Shown here piece after piece: positions 9,953 to 18,921 of a stretch of 64,000 nucleotides of DNA (its first letter is position 1; the number at the start of each line of letters is the position of its first letter). A program made the position numbers and the translations under genes. The notes under the pieces were generated by a model. That model was not told where the DNA came from and did no database searches. It saw nothing but the letters and a program-made list of their open reading frames with translations. Source of the DNA: a virus (lineage: Duplodnaviria; Caudoviricetes); IMG/VR virus record IMGVR_UViG_3300048861_000178, positions 64,001-128,000 of that record, one strand, 5' to 3'.

Positions 9953-11368
9953 ATGAACTACCTCACGAATCTCTGGTTGGCGTTTAACGCTTACTCACAT
10001 TCGAATCCCATGATTGCGGGGGCAGTCTCACTGTGGGGTTTAGGCCTCGTCACCTGGGTCTTTCGCAAGATCCCGATGAAGCTCATCAGCAAGATTCACG
10101 GCCAGATCACCACCACGCTCACCTTCGACAATACGGAGCTGGGCTGGGCACGGGAGAATTATGCAAGCTTCATGGAGTGGTTCATGCGCAACCGCTTCTC
10201 GCACTATTCGCGTAACCTCTCGCTGCAAAGCTACGGCGCACAGTTCTTCGAACGCCATACTGCTCAGGGCGGCGATCGCAATGCGGCCGATTTGGCCATC
10301 GGTGACGGCAACCACTTTTTTTTGTACAAACGACGCCTGTTTCTGATGAATCGGCGCACCGTCGAAAAGCAAGGGCGAGACAACATCATCTATCTCGTCA
10401 CGCTCACGATGTTTGGTCGCAACAAAGCGATCATGCAACAGCTCGTGGATGAGTTTTGCCACAAGTTCCCGGAGAACAAGCTGAAGCTGATGCGCTTTAA
10501 GAGCAATTACTGGGCCGATTATGCGATGCTCGATCGACGGGAACTGAAAACCGTCATCATCGAGAAGACACTGAAGCAGTCGCTGGTGAAAGCCATCGAA
10601 GACTTTCAGAAAAGCGAAGACTGGTATCTCTCACGGGGTCTGCCCTGGAAGAAAACCTTCGTGCTACATGGTAAGCCTGGCACCGGTAAAACCAGCCTTA
10701 TCAAGGCGCTGGCCAGTCACTTCAACCTGAACGTGTGTCGGCTCAATCTGAATTCACTGAGCGACGCCATGCTCGAAGAGGCGCTCGCGAACCTGCCCGG
10801 TAATTCCATTCTGGTGATCGAAGACTTCGATTCGGCAAAAGCTACGCGCATGCGCCATGCCATGAAGAAGAATGAGGCCATGCAGGCTCACACAGTGAAG
10901 CTCGATAGCAGTGGTAAACCCGACTTGGAGTTGACCATCAACGCGATCCCGTCAAGCCGGGATGAACCGGTTGATCCGATGGCGAAGCTCATGGAGAACA
11001 TGGAACCCTTGACGCTCTCGGGGATTCTGAATGCACTCGATGGGATTGCCTCACTGCATGGCACGTTGATCTTCCTCACGACGAATACGCTGCAGGACAT
11101 TGATCCGGCCGTGATTCGTAAAGGTCGCGTGGATCACATCTTCGAGATCAAGCCGCTCGGCCACGCAGAAGTGCTCGACTACATCGCCCTGATGTATCCG
11201 GACGAAGTCGTACCCGACGTGCAGTTTCGCACCATTCTCGGGTGTGACTTGCAGGCGCTTTACTTTGAGCGCCATGAGAGCTTCACGGCGTTCATCGACG
11301 CCATTCCGAAAATCAACGATCTGGAAGACACCATTCGCCAGATCGACACTCTGATTAAAGCTGCTTAA
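9953..11368 (+). CDS. BCS1-like AAA+ ATPase with N-terminal membrane anchor
   Basis: TM helix, BCS1_N-like region, Walker A GKPGTGKT, Walker B VIEDFD, LTLSGILNALDG, FLTTN, DPAVIRKGRVD. Confidence 0.88.
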   Translation: MNYLTNLWLAFNAYSHSNPMIAGAVSLWGLGLVTWVFRKIPMKLISKIHGQITTTLTFDNTELGWARENYASFMEWFMRNRFSHYSRNLSLQSYGAQFFERHTAQGGDRNAADLAIGDGNHFFLYKRRLFLMNRRTVEKQGRDNIIYLVTLTMFGRNKAIMQQLVDEFCHKFPENKLKLMRFKSNYWADYAMLDRRELKTVIIEKTLKQSLVKAIEDFQKSEDWYLSRGLPWKKTFVLHGKPGTGKTSLIKALASHFNLNVCRLNLNSLSDAMLEEALANLPGNSILVIEDFDSAKATRMRHAMKKNEAMQAHTVKLDSSGKPDLELTINAIPSSRDEPVDPMAKLMENMEPLTLSGILNALDGIASLHGTLIFLTTNTLQDIDPAVIRKGRVDHIFEIKPLGHAEVLDYIALMYPDEVVPDVQFRTILGCDLQALYFERHESFTAFIDAIPKINDLEDTIRQIDTLIKAA

Positions 11369-11390
11369 GAACAACAGGAACAAAAAGAAA

Positions 11391-12155
11391 ATGGATAGTC
11401 GTCCGCGCGTTATTTGTGGTTTCCCTGGCGTGGGTAAAACCACCCTGTTTAACAAACTGCGTCACTCCGGGATTTTGATCCACGACTCCGACAGCAGCCA
11501 GTTCAACAAGGACCAGTTCCCCGAGAACTACATCGCCCATATCCAAGCCTGCCTCGCAGCGGGCGCCTGGGTACTTTGTTCGACGCACACGGTTGTGCGT
11601 GAAGCGCTGGCGAAAGCCGGGATCAGTTACGCCATTGCGGCACCCGCGCACAAGTACTTGAAGGACGAGTACATGGCGCGTTATCGGGAACGTGGCTCCC
11701 CGGAGGGCTTTCTTAAGCTGATGGACGCGAAGTGGGACGAGTTCATGGATGACGTGTGGGTCAATGACAAGCACGGCATGCATATCGGCCTGAGTGAAGG
11801 CGAGTATCTGGAGCTCATTGCCAAGGACATCCTCAAAAGCGATGAAGGCATGCGCTTTAAGGTCTTCCACAACCCGCTGAATTCGAAAGAAGCCTTGCGG
11901 GTGGGGCAGCCGTACTTCACTACCGAAATGCTGAACGGCTTTCAAGCTGGTCTCATCTGGGCCGAGCTGCTCGAAGCCAAAGCACAAGGCTGGATCAACC
12001 CAGCCCAAAGCGCACAGTACTCCGTGCGCGCGGACGCGCATCGGATCTACACGGACATCGCCGCGGCGCTTTCATTGGACCTGGATGTCAAGGTCTCGAT
12101 GAACCCGCAGGCGATCGATCTCACGTTCCGACCCCGTCTGAAGGTGCCAGCATGA
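11391..12155 (+). CDS. P-loop kinase-like protein
   Basis: N-terminal ICGFPGVGKTT, DSDSS. Confidence 0.75.
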   Translation: MDSRPRVICGFPGVGKTTLFNKLRHSGILIHDSDSSQFNKDQFPENYIAHIQACLAAGAWVLCSTHTVVREALAKAGISYAIAAPAHKYLKDEYMARYRERGSPEGFLKLMDAKWDEFMDDVWVNDKHGMHIGLSEGEYLELIAKDILKSDEGMRFKVFHNPLNSKEALRVGQPYFTTEMLNGFQAGLIWAELLEAKAQGWINPAQSAQYSVRADAHRIYTDIAAALSLDLDVKVSMNPQAIDLTFRPRLKVPA

Positions 12156-12535
12156 GGACCGCGTTCTTTGCTCGTATCTTGAACCGCAGTTTCGATCCGG
12201 TGCGTGACTGTGGGGTGTACCGCAATAAAGCCGAAGGCGGCTGCGTGCATGTAGATGGCATGCTCTGCGAGGAATCTTGCTCGATGCGTCAAGAGTACGC
12301 TGACGTGCGAGCCAAAGTGCCGGTACTGGAGGCATCCGGGGATAACCCGATCGTCTATCAGTACCGGCATTATGAAGCAAGTCCATACGTTGCCGAAGCT
12401 AGTCGGGGTTGGCAAGCGTGGAAGACTTGCGATGAACAAGAATTAGTCGACATTCGCACGTATATCTCCCGTGGTCTCAAATATCAGATCCGGATTCTGC
12501 GTGAAAGTCGCGTGGAGGGCTTCAGCCCCTCCTGA
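12152..12535 (+). CDS. Hypothetical protein
   Basis: ATGA overlap; Cys/His cluster. Confidence 0.65.
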   Translation: MRTAFFARILNRSFDPVRDCGVYRNKAEGGCVHVDGMLCEESCSMRQEYADVRAKVPVLEASGDNPIVYQYRHYEASPYVAEASRGWQAWKTCDEQELVDIRTYISRGLKYQIRILRESRVEGFSPS

Positions 12536-12550
12536 GCATTGGGATTTAAC

Positions 12551-12889
12551 ATGAGTGAGCATAACGCAGTAGTGTATCTGGGCCGGGGTAACCTGAACAT
12601 CCTCCAGCAGACCAACGATGCCGGGACCGATTACACGGACTCGATCGCCAAGCTGGAAGTCGTGGGCGTGAGTGGCGGGCATCAGCCGATCAGCACGGAG
12701 CGCATGACCGCGATGCATTCCACGACCATCATGTTTCGCACTGGCCATCGTCATCGGGGTACGGTGACAGTCGACCACCAGATCGGCGATGTGGTGGTGC
12801 AAGGCGATGACTTGAGTGGGTTGGACGACGTGTGTCTGCATTTGCGCGTCGTGCGTCAGAACCTGAACAAGCGTCGTAAGGCCGCATGA
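12551..12889 (+). CDS. Hypothetical protein
   Basis: ATG at 12551, operon packing. Confidence 0.65.
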   Translation: MSEHNAVVYLGRGNLNILQQTNDAGTDYTDSIAKLEVVGVSGGHQPISTERMTAMHSTTIMFRTGHRHRGTVTVDHQIGDVVVQGDDLSGLDDVCLHLRVVRQNLNKRRKAA

Positions 12890-13050
12890 AGACCTGCTTC
12901 TCGGTTAACATGCGCGTCAAGCGGCTGCGGCAGGCAGGATCGCGTCGGATTAAGATTGCGATCCGTCAACTCAGCCAAGAGGCGCTCACGGAGGATGAAA
13001 TTGTCCGTGCTGTGAAGCGCCTTCAACAACAGATCAAGAACAGGAAATAG
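12886..13050 (+). CDS. Small basic protein (54 aa, not in ORF track)
   Basis: MKTCFSVNMRVKRLRQ...KNRK; ATGA overlap; fills the gap up to the next start. Confidence 0.6.
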   Translation: MKTCFSVNMRVKRLRQAGSRRIKIAIRQLSQEALTEDEIVRAVKRLQQQIKNRK

Positions 13051-13052
13051 CG

Positions 13053-13856
13053 ATGGCAGTAGATGAAAACGTGCTGGCTCACTTGGAAGCCATCAGTCGG
13101 AAATACGACGTGACCATCCTGCATGCGGTGGAAGTAGGTAGCCGTACGTGGGGACTGGCCAACGAGCACAGTGACCACGATATCGGGTTCATCTACGTGC
13201 GTCCTAAACACACGTACTTCCAGATCAACCAGGGTCACCGTGACCCGTCGTTGCTGGAAAACCGTGACACGATCGAATTCAAGGTAGACGGCTTCGGCGA
13301 CCTGAATGGCTTTGACATCGAGAAGGCGACCACCATGGCGTACAACTCGAATCCGGCCATCGTCGATTGGCTCCGTCTGCCCGAGTATTACACGACAGAC
13401 AACATGCCCGAGCTGCGTGAACTGATGTGGAAAGGATTTTCGACGCTCAAGCTGCGTCAGCACAACGTCTCGACCTTGCGTCGCAATTACAAGACCTACG
13501 TCGAACCGCGCCCCACCGTCTCGGTGAAGAAGTACTTGCACACCGTACGGCCGTTGCTGAATGCGATCTGGTTCGAACGCACCGCGAGCCTCGAGCTCGG
13601 TACGGAATGCCCGCCGGTGAATTACCTGGCACTCTGTAATGTGGCGGCGTACAACCACGACCTGCTCGAAGGCTGCATGCAGCTGCTGCACCTGAAGCTT
13701 AAGGGCGAAGAGCGTGTGCAACGTATCTCAGGCATCGACCGTGTGATTGAGAAGATGCTGGAAACCCGCGAGATCCCCCAGGGTCTCACCCGTATAGCCC
13801 CGGACATTGTCCAGTACGATCGTTTCTTTGCGGACGTTGTCCTCCAACAGAACTGA
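13053..13856 (+). CDS. Pol-beta superfamily nucleotidyltransferase (RlaP/PF10127-like)
   Basis: VEVGSRTWG..SDHDIGFIY, SNPAIVDW, KKYLHTVRPLL. Confidence 0.85.
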   Translation: MAVDENVLAHLEAISRKYDVTILHAVEVGSRTWGLANEHSDHDIGFIYVRPKHTYFQINQGHRDPSLLENRDTIEFKVDGFGDLNGFDIEKATTMAYNSNPAIVDWLRLPEYYTTDNMPELRELMWKGFSTLKLRQHNVSTLRRNYKTYVEPRPTVSVKKYLHTVRPLLNAIWFERTASLELGTECPPVNYLALCNVAAYNHDLLEGCMQLLHLKLKGEERVQRISGIDRVIEKMLETREIPQGLTRIAPDIVQYDRFFADVVLQQN

Positions 13857-13858
13857 TC

Positions 13859-14092
13859 ATGAAACTGAGCGAAGCACTAAGCGTCATTCGACGCCATGGA
13901 CGTGGAATCGCCATCTGTCAGAACGGTCGCGATGAGCATCACGTCCAGTATAGCTACGACCGCCATTTGCGGCTTACGTGGCAAGCAGGTAGCACTGCGG
14001 GCGGGCTGGTGACGGGTAGTCTCATCCCGGATATGAATAGCGAGGGCTGGCAAGTGTTTGCTAGTCTGTACTCGCAGACCCAACTATCGTGA
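13859..14092 (+). CDS. Hypothetical protein
   Basis: 77 aa, operon packing. Confidence 0.6.
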   Translation: MKLSEALSVIRRHGRGIAICQNGRDEHHVQYSYDRHLRLTWQAGSTAGGLVTGSLIPDMNSEGWQVFASLYSQTQLS

Positions 14093-14101
14093 GGACGCAG
14101 C

Positions 14102-14503
14102 ATGATCAAGATCAACATCGAACATGGCGACGCCGGTGTGGCCGCTGCAATCGCAGGTATCGTCGACAAGGCATTGGCTGAACACGGTTTCACCAATGTG
14201 AAGGGCAGGATAGTGATGGTCCATCAGGAAGTCAAGCGCGGCGCCGCAGGCAATGTCGTGCCCAGCTTCGGTAAGGTCAATCAGCTTTCCCCGCTGGTAG
14301 ATCCTGCTATCGAACTTCGACCGAAGATGTATTCGACCGAACTGATGGAAGCCCGTATTGCCTACGGCTACCCCGTCGTGGTCGACTGGATGAAGGAAGA
14401 TCGTCCCGACGTCTTCGCCTCCCCGGTACTGATCGATACTGGCATCGAACCCACACCGTATCAAGAACAACTGAAAGCCTTCAAGGAAAGCCATGACTGG
14501 TAA
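14102..14503 (+). CDS. Hypothetical protein
   Basis: GAGGA RBS. Confidence 0.7.
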   Translation: MIKINIEHGDAGVAAAIAGIVDKALAEHGFTNVKGRIVMVHQEVKRGAAGNVVPSFGKVNQLSPLVDPAIELRPKMYSTELMEARIAYGYPVVVDWMKEDRPDVFASPVLIDTGIEPTPYQEQLKAFKESHDW

Positions 14504-14993
14504 CATGGAAGCAATTGCATCGGTTCAGGGGCTGCGTCCCTGGGTGATGGAGCTCGTGAAGAACGACGAGTGGTTGGACCGGTTTGATGCGGATACGGCG
14601 CGGCTGAACAAGGTGGTGATCCTGACGGCGACCAAGCCCTTCAATGGCGAGAAGGTCGACGTGTTTGGCATCATCCCCAAGGAAGCGCTCAAGCCCTTCG
14701 GATTGCACGAAAGCTTCATCGGCCGTCCGGCGCCCGTCCATCAGCTGGGTGCTGATCAGGCGATGGTGTTGATGGTGCGTTCGGTCGTCATTCCACACAC
14801 GCAAACCGCCTGGACACCGGGCCGAGACCCCAACAGTCGGGAAGTGGATTACTGCGACTTCATTGCGGCAGAACACGGCGTGAAGGACTTCGTGCACCGC
14901 ACGCTCGTGCATCAACGCCATACGGCCAAGTTCGGCGAGCAGATTGCCAACTTCCTGGGCAAGGGTGTGAAGCCGATCATCCTGCTCACATGA
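14493..14993 (+). CDS. Hypothetical protein
   Basis: 166 aa, operon packing. Confidence 0.7.
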   Translation: MTGNMEAIASVQGLRPWVMELVKNDEWLDRFDADTARLNKVVILTATKPFNGEKVDVFGIIPKEALKPFGLHESFIGRPAPVHQLGADQAMVLMVRSVVIPHTQTAWTPGRDPNSREVDYCDFIAAEHGVKDFVHRTLVHQRHTAKFGEQIANFLGKGVKPIILLT

Positions 14994-15313
14994 GCGCGAA
15001 CCTCGATGCGTTTGCGCAGCAGTGCATGGCGAAGTATCCGGCTGCTCACGTATCGTGGTTTCTGATGTCCTCGTTCATTTACTACTACCACTGCAGTTCC
15101 TTGATTTCGGATGATCTGTTCGAAGGGATCTGCAAGTGGCTGGAACGTAATATCGACACGATCGAGCATCCGCACAAGCACCTCGTGACACCCGACATGT
15201 TTGCGATCGGCAGTGCGTTCGCGCTGAGTTACAAGGACTACCCGTTGCGGGTACGCTCAGCGGCCATGGCATTACTTTTCCAACTCGACGAATTGAATAA
15301 GAAGGAAACATGA
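14990..15313 (+). CDS. Stand-alone protein resembling domain Ia of NAD-dependent DNA ligase
   Basis: IYYYHCSSLISDDLFEGICKWL resembles the LigA Ia pattern YY..PxISDxxYDxLxxxL. Confidence 0.55.
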   Translation: MSANLDAFAQQCMAKYPAAHVSWFLMSSFIYYYHCSSLISDDLFEGICKWLERNIDTIEHPHKHLVTPDMFAIGSAFALSYKDYPLRVRSAAMALLFQLDELNKKET

Positions 15314-15657
15314 TTAACCTGAATAACGCGAATCCAGAGTTCTGCTTTGTCCTCGGCGTGGTGCTTCTGATTGCGATGTTTTACTTCGTCATGCGCGAAG
15401 AACAGGCGAAGAAGATTCGCGAGAGTCGTTACTGGCCCATTGCCTTTATTGGTTGGCCGCTCGCACTGTCGATTCCCGCTAAGTTGATGCTGCCGTTCTT
15501 TGACCAAGTGCCAATCAACGAAGACATTTTCGTGCCGTCATTGTTCGGTGCCGTCATGTTGCTTTGCAGCGGGTTGCTCTTCATTCAGCATCGCCGCATG
15601 AAGAAAGAAGCTGAGCGAGATTTCCAAAACGCCCTCCGACGAGCTCGCCATGGTTGA
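15310..15657 (+). CDS. Membrane protein
   Basis: Three hydrophobic segments. Confidence 0.7.
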   Translation: MINLNNANPEFCFVLGVVLLIAMFYFVMREEQAKKIRESRYWPIAFIGWPLALSIPAKLMLPFFDQVPINEDIFVPSLFGAVMLLCSGLLFIQHRRMKKEAERDFQNALRRARHG

Positions 15658-15967
15658 TCCAGACATCCGGGCCGATCCGAACCTCACTAGCTCACTTAAG
15701 TGCAACGTGCTTTTAGTGGCGGATGAAGTTCACTATCGGCTCCAACTCGAAGAGAAGTGGATCGGGCATCTGCGAGAAGGCAAGCTGTACATCCGCAGTA
15801 CCAAGTGGCTGACACGGGAATGGAAGCACTGGCAGGAAAACACTGACATGGCGGTGGCGATCTATTCGTTGCTGCGTGCGGAGCTCTGCTACGAGATTCG
15901 TGATCTGCGGGTGGAGGCCGATCCCGATGCCCCTCACGCCGTCTTCAGCTTTTACGTAGTGACGTAA
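15650..15967 (+). CDS. Hypothetical protein
   Basis: 105 aa, operon packing. Confidence 0.65.
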   Translation: MVDPDIRADPNLTSSLKCNVLLVADEVHYRLQLEEKWIGHLREGKLYIRSTKWLTREWKHWQENTDMAVAIYSLLRAELCYEIRDLRVEADPDAPHAVFSFYVVT

Positions 15968-15979
15968 CAAGGATAAACA

Positions 15980-16876
15980 ATGTCTAACATTCTTCGCGCT
16001 GAACAACAATACCTGGACGGCCTACGCCGCATCCATGACGAAGGCGTCGATCTCCCCAATGCTCGTACCGGCATCGTTTGCCGCACGGTGATCAACGTCG
16101 ACCTCACGTACGATGCCACCAGCAACAAGGCGCCGATCGTCACGACGCGTAAAGCACCGACGAAGCTCCCGATCGCTGAACTGCTCGGTTACATCAAGGG
16201 CGTCACGTCGGCGGCTCAGATGCGTGCATTGGGAACCAAGTCTTGGGATGCCAATGCGAACGAAAATGGCTCGTGGCTGAAGAACCCCAATCGTGAAGGT
16301 GAAGACCATCTCGGACTGATCTACGGTGCGGTGGCCAAGAACTGGCCGGTCACTGAATTCTACACGTCGGATGGCGGTGAATCCCACGACACCCTCGACC
16401 TCTTCCGCAAGGTCTACGAGAACCTGAAGAAGGGCGTCGATGATCGGGGCGAAATCATCACGTTCTGGAATCCGGGCATGTTCCACTTGGGCTGCCTGCG
16501 GCCGTGCATGTACGAACATCAGTTCTCGCTGTTGGGTGACGACCTGTATCTGAATTCGACCCAGCGCTCTTCAGACTGGCCGCTCGGCACCGTGGCGAAC
16601 ATGGTGCAGGTCTGGTTGTTCCTGCGACTGATGGCGCAGATCACGGGCAAGAACCCGAAGTACGCGTATCACCGTAATGTGAACTCGCACATCTACGGCA
16701 ACCAGCTGGACTTGGTGCCCGTGCAGTTGAGCCGGTCGATTTTGGCTGAGCCGACGATTGACATCAACCCGGACATCAAGACGCTGGAAGATCTGGAAAC
16801 CTGGGTGACGGTCGACGATTTCAAGGTCACGTATCCGGAATACCATCCGGCGATCAACTATCCGTTTGCGGTGTGA
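15980..16876 (+). CDS. thyA: Thymidylate synthase
   Basis: RTG, LGLIYG, WNPG, LRPC (catalytic Cys), QRSSDWPLG..N, HIYGNQ. Confidence 0.95.
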   Translation: MSNILRAEQQYLDGLRRIHDEGVDLPNARTGIVCRTVINVDLTYDATSNKAPIVTTRKAPTKLPIAELLGYIKGVTSAAQMRALGTKSWDANANENGSWLKNPNREGEDHLGLIYGAVAKNWPVTEFYTSDGGESHDTLDLFRKVYENLKKGVDDRGEIITFWNPGMFHLGCLRPCMYEHQFSLLGDDLYLNSTQRSSDWPLGTVANMVQVWLFLRLMAQITGKNPKYAYHRNVNSHIYGNQLDLVPVQLSRSILAEPTIDINPDIKTLEDLETWVTVDDFKVTYPEYHPAINYPFAV

Positions 16877-17145
16877 GCATGTCCGAGAAAAGCCTAGAAG
16901 AAGAACTCGCGTTCTTGCGTGAGCGCGAGATAGAGGTCATCGGTTTGCTGGGGTTCTTGAAGCCCGTCATGCAAGCAAACGTCGATGTCAATTTCACGCT
17001 CAGTCGGGACGAGCATGGATTTGGAAAGCTCTATATGCATCCGCTCGCGGCCTCTGCAGAAGACGCCGGAGATAAGCCTGTCTGGTATGGTTCGGTGGCG
17101 GTGCTTTCACCGAGCTTTCTGAAGACGTTTGTCGATAAGGACTGA
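16873..17145 (+). CDS. Hypothetical protein
   Basis: Overlaps the thyA stop. Confidence 0.6.
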   Translation: MSMSEKSLEEELAFLREREIEVIGLLGFLKPVMQANVDVNFTLSRDEHGFGKLYMHPLAASAEDAGDKPVWYGSVAVLSPSFLKTFVDKD

Positions 17146-17146
17146 C

Positions 17147-17392
17147 ATGGCCTACGCAAAAGTGCTCTGGCATCCGGCACAGAACCGCGCGCTCACGGAT
17201 GAGGAAGCCGCTTACGTAGATGCGTGTGCGATGCGGGCTATGGAAGGCTATATCTCCCGTGGTACGAATCTCACGTCAGCAGACATCGCGGACATCTCGT
17301 ACAAAACAGCGTTCATGATGCTAGACGTTCGCCAAGATCGCTACATGAAGATGATCAAGTACGAGGTCAAAGAAGAAACCCGACCGGCTTGA
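17147..17392 (+). CDS. Small phage protein
   Basis: AAGGA RBS; AMRAMEG..ADISY..AFMML resembles a common small phage family. Confidence 0.65.
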   Translation: MAYAKVLWHPAQNRALTDEEAAYVDACAMRAMEGYISRGTNLTSADIADISYKTAFMMLDVRQDRYMKMIKYEVKEETRPA

Positions 17393-17403
17393 AGGATAGA
17401 ATA

Positions 17404-18207
17404 ATGAGAAAGGACAAACTCGGCGATCGCATGAAGCGCTACGAGCTCTCGGACGATCGTCGTCTGATGCCGTTGTTGCCGATTGTCATCCGCATGGACG
17501 GGATCGCTTTCAGTACATTCACACGGGGTTTGAAGCGCCCGTACGACGAGCGGCTATCGACCTGCATGATCGAGACCACCAAGGGTTTGGTCGAGCGCTG
17601 GCACGCTACGTTGGGCTATACGCAAAGCGACGAGATCACGATCTTCCTGAAGAACGACGACCCGATGGCGCTGATGCCGTACGATGGTCGCGTACAGAAG
17701 TTGATCGGCGCGTTTGCCTCGTCGGTCACCGGCAAGTTCATTCGCCAGATGAATCTGCATCTGCCGGAGAAGGTCCACAAAGATCCGGAGTTCGACTGCC
17801 GGGTCTGGCAACTGCCGAACATGGCGGAAGTCTTCAACATGTTCCTGTGGCGAGAATCGGATGCGACCACCAATAGCATCCAGATGGCGGCACAGTCGCA
17901 GTACAGCCACAAGCAGTTGCACAAGAAGGGCTGGTCGGATCTGAACGAGATGCTCTTCCAGAAGGGCATCAACTACAACGACTACCCGGCCTTCTTCAAG
18001 CGCGGTACGTACGCACGTCGTACGGTGGTGCATCGCATCCTGACGGCCGAGGAATTGAACAAGATCCCTGACAAGCATCGTCACTTGCATCAAGGGATCG
18101 TCACGCGCAGTGAACTCATTGCGATCGACATGCCTGCGATCCATTCGATCAAGGGCGGCATGGAAGAACTGCTCGGCTACACGAAGCCGCGCGCATTGTT
18201 GGGGTAA
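17404..18207 (+). CDS. thg1: tRNA(His) guanylyltransferase-like protein (Thg1/TLP)
   Basis: LGDRMKRYE, IRMDGIAFSTFT, GYTQSDEIT, FDCRV, FLWRESDATTNSI, FKRG. Confidence 0.93.
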   Translation: MRKDKLGDRMKRYELSDDRRLMPLLPIVIRMDGIAFSTFTRGLKRPYDERLSTCMIETTKGLVERWHATLGYTQSDEITIFLKNDDPMALMPYDGRVQKLIGAFASSVTGKFIRQMNLHLPEKVHKDPEFDCRVWQLPNMAEVFNMFLWRESDATTNSIQMAAQSQYSHKQLHKKGWSDLNEMLFQKGINYNDYPAFFKRGTYARRTVVHRILTAEELNKIPDKHRHLHQGIVTRSELIAIDMPAIHSIKGGMEELLGYTKPRALLG

Positions 18208-18209
18208 GC

Positions 18210-18917
18210 ATGGGCGCACAATACAAAGAAACTGGCTATCAGCCGGACATTTCCGAGTGGATTAGCAATCAGGTGTACGTACCGCGTAATCTGATCGCGG
18301 CGGTGACGCGGAATGTCTCGACTGACCAGGACAGCGGCGAGCTGTACGCAGGCATGATCAAGGCCGTGCTGGAGCTCCATCCGTACTCGATCGATGGTTT
18401 CTGGACCGGCTTCAATGAAGATGGTTTCTTCGCGCCGGACCCGCGCTTTAAGGTCTGCGAGAAGTACGGCCGTCCAGTCGATCGCCTGCTCACGCACTGG
18501 CGGCGTGATTACAACTGCTACCAGCACACCGCGCATCCGATCCAGGGCAAGGAACGTCCAACCAAGGAACAGTGCACGATCGACGTGATGTTTATCGAAC
18601 CGGACCCCACCTGTACTAAGGTGGTGCAGGCGTGGCACATGTTCCAAATGTTTCCGGAAGAATACGCAGGCCTGCAATCGAAGCGCGATCTGATGCGTGC
18701 TTCGCCGGTGTTTAATTTCCACGGTTTTCGCGTTCATCGACGTGTCAAGGGCTCCGTGTGCGAATTCACGCTCGGTTACGAGTCGTACCAAGAAGGTGAC
18801 GGCGCGATCGAGCAGGCGCAGGAGATCTTGAACGGCATGGTTATTGAAAGCGCTAATCCATTCAAACGACAAGAATTCGTCACCGCTATTGCGGCAGACG
18901 TTAACAGTAAGGAGTAG
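18210..18917 (+). CDS. Diverged paralogue of phiKZ-type tail tube protein (gp30-like)
   Basis: GYQPDISEWISNQVYVPRNLI, MFIEPDPT..KVVQAW..MFP, AQEILNGM..ANP..R..F..IAADV match recalled motifs of that family. Confidence 0.6.
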   Translation: MGAQYKETGYQPDISEWISNQVYVPRNLIAAVTRNVSTDQDSGELYAGMIKAVLELHPYSIDGFWTGFNEDGFFAPDPRFKVCEKYGRPVDRLLTHWRRDYNCYQHTAHPIQGKERPTKEQCTIDVMFIEPDPTCTKVVQAWHMFQMFPEEYAGLQSKRDLMRASPVFNFHGFRVHRRVKGSVCEFTLGYESYQEGDGAIEQAQEILNGMVIESANPFKRQEFVTAIAADVNSKE

Positions 18918-18921
18918 GAAG

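Noticed and set aside
15980-16876. dCMP hydroxymethylase for modified DNA
   Set aside because: It keeps the dUMP-specifying Asn (LGTVAN) and the ThyA motifs
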